Source: Octopus sinensis
Taxonomy: Eukaryota
Direction: 5' to 3'
DNA length: 22,081 bases
Assembly: GCF_006345805.1 (NCBI RefSeq)
Contig: NW_021824208.1
Location: 1-22,081 of the forward strand
Shown here: piece after piece, positions 19,807-22,081 of the stretch
How positions within the stretch are numbered: the first letter of the stretch is position 1
How the letters are laid out: the number at the start of each line of letters is the position of its first letter
Translations under genes and position numbers: made by a program
The notes under the pieces: model-generated
The model's database searches: none
Told to the model about the DNA's origin: nothing
Seen by the model: the letters and a program-made list of their open reading frames with translations, nothing else

Positions 19807-19843
19807 CTAGTGAAAAGGTTGCAAGAGGCAACGAAAATTTTAG
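19807..19843 (+). ncRNA. Degenerate minimal type I hammerhead-like motif (probably inactive)
   Basis: CTA-GTGAAAA-g-GTTGC aagag GCAAC-GAA-AATT-T-TAG; correct topology but two core substitutions relative to CUGANGA. Confidence 0.3.
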
Positions 19844-19848
19844 AAAAT

Positions 19849-20320
19849 AAGTCGACCTCGGCGGAATTTGAACTCAGAACGTAGCGGCAGACGTAATACT
19901 TATTTGTTTACTACCCACAAGGGGCTAAACACAGAGGAGACAAACAAGGACAGACAAACAGATTAAGTCGATTATATGAACCCCAGTGTGTAATTGGTAT
20001 TTATTTAATCGACCCCGAAAGGATGGAAGACAAAGTCGACCTCGGCGGAATTTGAACTCAGAACATAGCGGCAGACGAAATACCTATTTCTTTACTGCCC
20101 ACAAGGGGCTAAACACAGAGAGGACAAACAAGGACAGACAAACGGATTAAGTCGATTATATCGACTCCAGTGCGTAACTGGTACTACTTATTTAATCGAC
20201 CCCGAAAGGATGAAAGACAAAGTTGACCTCGACGGAATTTGAACTCCGAACGTAGCGGCAGACGGAATACTGCTAAGCATTTCGCCGGCGTGCTAACGCT
20301 TCTGCCAGCTCGCTGCCTTA
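19849..20320 (-). mobile_element. SINE family B concatemer: head, two ~185-bp units and a partial third
   Basis: Reverse complement of the 7962-8612 structure with the same unit junction. Confidence 0.92.
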
Positions 20321-20328
20321 TATTTATT

Positions 20329-20449
20329 AACGCTTACAGCACCTAGGTTTCCCAAGCGATCACCCATCTAAGTACTCACTAGGCTCGGCGTTGCTTAACT
20401 TCGGTGATTGGACGAGAACCGGTGCTTTCAACGTGATATGCCCGTAAGA
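20329..20449 (-). pseudogene. 5S rRNA pseudogene, full length
   Basis: Reverse complement TCTTACGGGCATATCACGTTGAAAGCACCGGTTCTCGTCCAATCACCGAAGTTAAGCAACG...AGTACTTAGATGGGTGATCGCTTGGGAAACCTAGGTGCTGTAAGCGTT matches metazoan 5S. Two stem I mispairs, no T4 terminator, A-rich 3' flank, single copy. Confidence 0.93.
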
Positions 20450-20451
20450 GC

Positions 20452-21491
20452 CCTTTCTTGGTCTACGCTTGATCTTGGACAGTAGCTCTGTCTATGAAAT
20501 GAGCTGCAGAAAATCATGTTTGACAAACGGCGACCACACCTGTTCACCGGTAAGAAAGTGCTGGAGATGCTGCAGCATCATTAACCACGGTATGCCCAGT
20601 CCTCTACTTAGCGGCTGTTGACATCAGTTGAACCGTCCGAGTGGAACACGATTCTTCCACAGACTGGAGGAGCAAGCGTTCCAGCTTGTTCAGCCATGAA
20701 GCAGAGCAAGGGGCGACGGTCAGGTAGTAGTAGATGACGGAAGCGATGTGCGCATTCGCCACATCCGCTCGACATTTCAGGGACAGCTTCCTCTCTACCC
20801 ATTTCAGAGTGAGATTGGCTACCTTGCTCGTCACCTCCCTACCCAGTCCTTGTCCATCTGGAGATCCGGACCAAACCAGGTCCCGAGTAATTTCACTGGT
20901 TCTCCCGTCCAGCGCTCTACCACGCCGTCAGTTGGCATGGACCTGCCCCTCCAAGTGCCGAGCTGCAGACCACAGACTTGCTTGATTCAATTTTGTTCCT
21001 GTCACCGCTTCGTACTCTCTTAAAGTAGTGCCGATCACCTGGATTTCCGAGCTGTCCGACACTATTACGGTGACGTCGTCCGCATAAGCCGACACGAACC
21101 CTCCGCATTCTAGATCACGCGGGATGCTCCTCGAAATATCAAACTTGCGCAGTAATGGCTCGAGGATCAGCACGTACAGAAGGGGAGAGAATGGGCATCC
21201 TTGACGGACCGAGCGAGCGATGCTAAACGATTCCAATTCATGGCCGTTTACTTTGACCACCGAACAGATGCTGCTATATATTGCAGCGATCCAGCCTCTG
21301 AAAACGGGACCGAAGCCGGCCGCCGTGTCAAAAGCTTTTGATTGATCCAAATTGATCAGAGCCTCACCCATGCCAGGTTCCTTCCCTGCCCTTTCTATGA
21401 TGTAGCGCGTGAGATGGAGGTTGTTGTGGATAGATCTGTGCGGAACAGAATAGCGCATGTCTGCGTGTTACCGACCAGCTTACCGATGACA
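20452..21491 (-). mobile_element. Tx1/L1-clade LINE, internal reverse transcriptase fragment (pseudogenised)
   Basis: QTCA.P.RSIHNNL, LINLDQSKAFD, SVRQGCPFSPLLY, AYADDVT, TGTKLN, then LSLKCRADVAN..IASVIYY and EQVWSPFV. Frameshifts, and an apparent deletion between KAFD and AAGFGP. Confidence 0.93.
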
Positions 21492-21494
21492 ATA

Positions 21495-21561
<67 letters not shown>
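21492..21561. repeat. (AAT)n microsatellite shared by the Tx1 fragment and family E
   Basis: Direct reading. Confidence 0.96.
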
Positions 21562-21562
<1 letters not shown>

Positions 21563-22081
21563 GATGCAGTACCAGGCAGTGGCTCTCATGGCTTCTGATC
21601 TTAACTGATTGGAAGTGTTATCATGTACATTGTTTTGTCTTGGTATAAAAGATGGGCTACAGCAAATATTCTGCTCAATAACAGATTTGCTTGTCAGTTG
21701 TTTGACCTTAACCAGTTGACCATGTCCCTTGGTGGCAGAAGATATGTGCATCTCTGATCACGAGCAGAAGTAGTGGGGGAGCATCATAGCCATGTGTTGA
21801 GAGGGATTCTTTGCGGTTTGAATAATTCACCTTTGGATACATGGGTGGTTCTTTCAACATCCTTAAAAACCCTTATACAGGGACCGTTTGAGCGGATGGC
21901 TACTCAACCTGAAGAAAATTCTAACTGGGCCCCACCTGCAAGGTCATGTGCTGTTTATCTTGATATGAGATCACCATGTCGCGCACATATGGTTGTGATG
22001 CATGTGCCTAGTGTACCCTTATCAGACGGGTAGTCATGATGGGTATATTGGGCTTCGTATATTTTACCCCAGTGTCACTTT
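21563..22081 (+). mobile_element. Family E element, longer 5' end, runs off the window edge
   Basis: Starts GATGCAGTACCAGGCAGTGGCTCTCATGGC right after (AAT)n; from ~21645 it matches 4705-5143. Confidence 0.88.

Noticed and set aside
20329-20449. Functional 5S gene, or a Mutsu-type insertion into 5S
   Set aside because: Stem I mispairs, no terminator and no tandem array. The 5S is uninterrupted and the LINE lacks its own 3' end at the junction, unlike a target-primed insertion into 5S.

Overview
Animal genomic DNA, most likely octopus (coleoid cephalopod). The species call is inferred from repeat-family recognition, not from a search. The window is almost all retroelements and microsatellites. 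It holds about 14 pieces of a microsatellite-containing tRNA-derived SINE (family A here), three other Pol III SINE types (B, C, D), and an ORF-less (AAT)n-flanked element (E). There are also two Tx1/L1-clade LINE fragments with (TTA)n junctions, a Neptune-type Penelope GIY-YIG remnant, an older AT-shifted Penelope-like remnant beside a hammerhead ribozyme core, a full-length 5S rRNA pseudogene and a TTAA-flanked piggyBac-like MITE. Large (TACA)n/(TATG)n, (AAT)n, (TA)n and (GGT)n tracts fill much of the rest, and nearly all ORFs in the track are translations of these repeats. The only convincing host coding signal is a 64-nt first exon (MANAPFDVVEIEEAACSIEQE) at 16934-16997 of an unidentified + strand gene. 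I found no intact multi-gene system. The most interesting signals are an apparently (TTA)n-targeting Tx1 family, a Tx1-5S-SINE chimera, concatemeric SINEs, Penelope hammerheads, a ~375-bp-arm inverted duplication and a SINE-split Cys4 zinc-binding ORF. Family letters A-E are my labels. All alignments and counts were done by eye.
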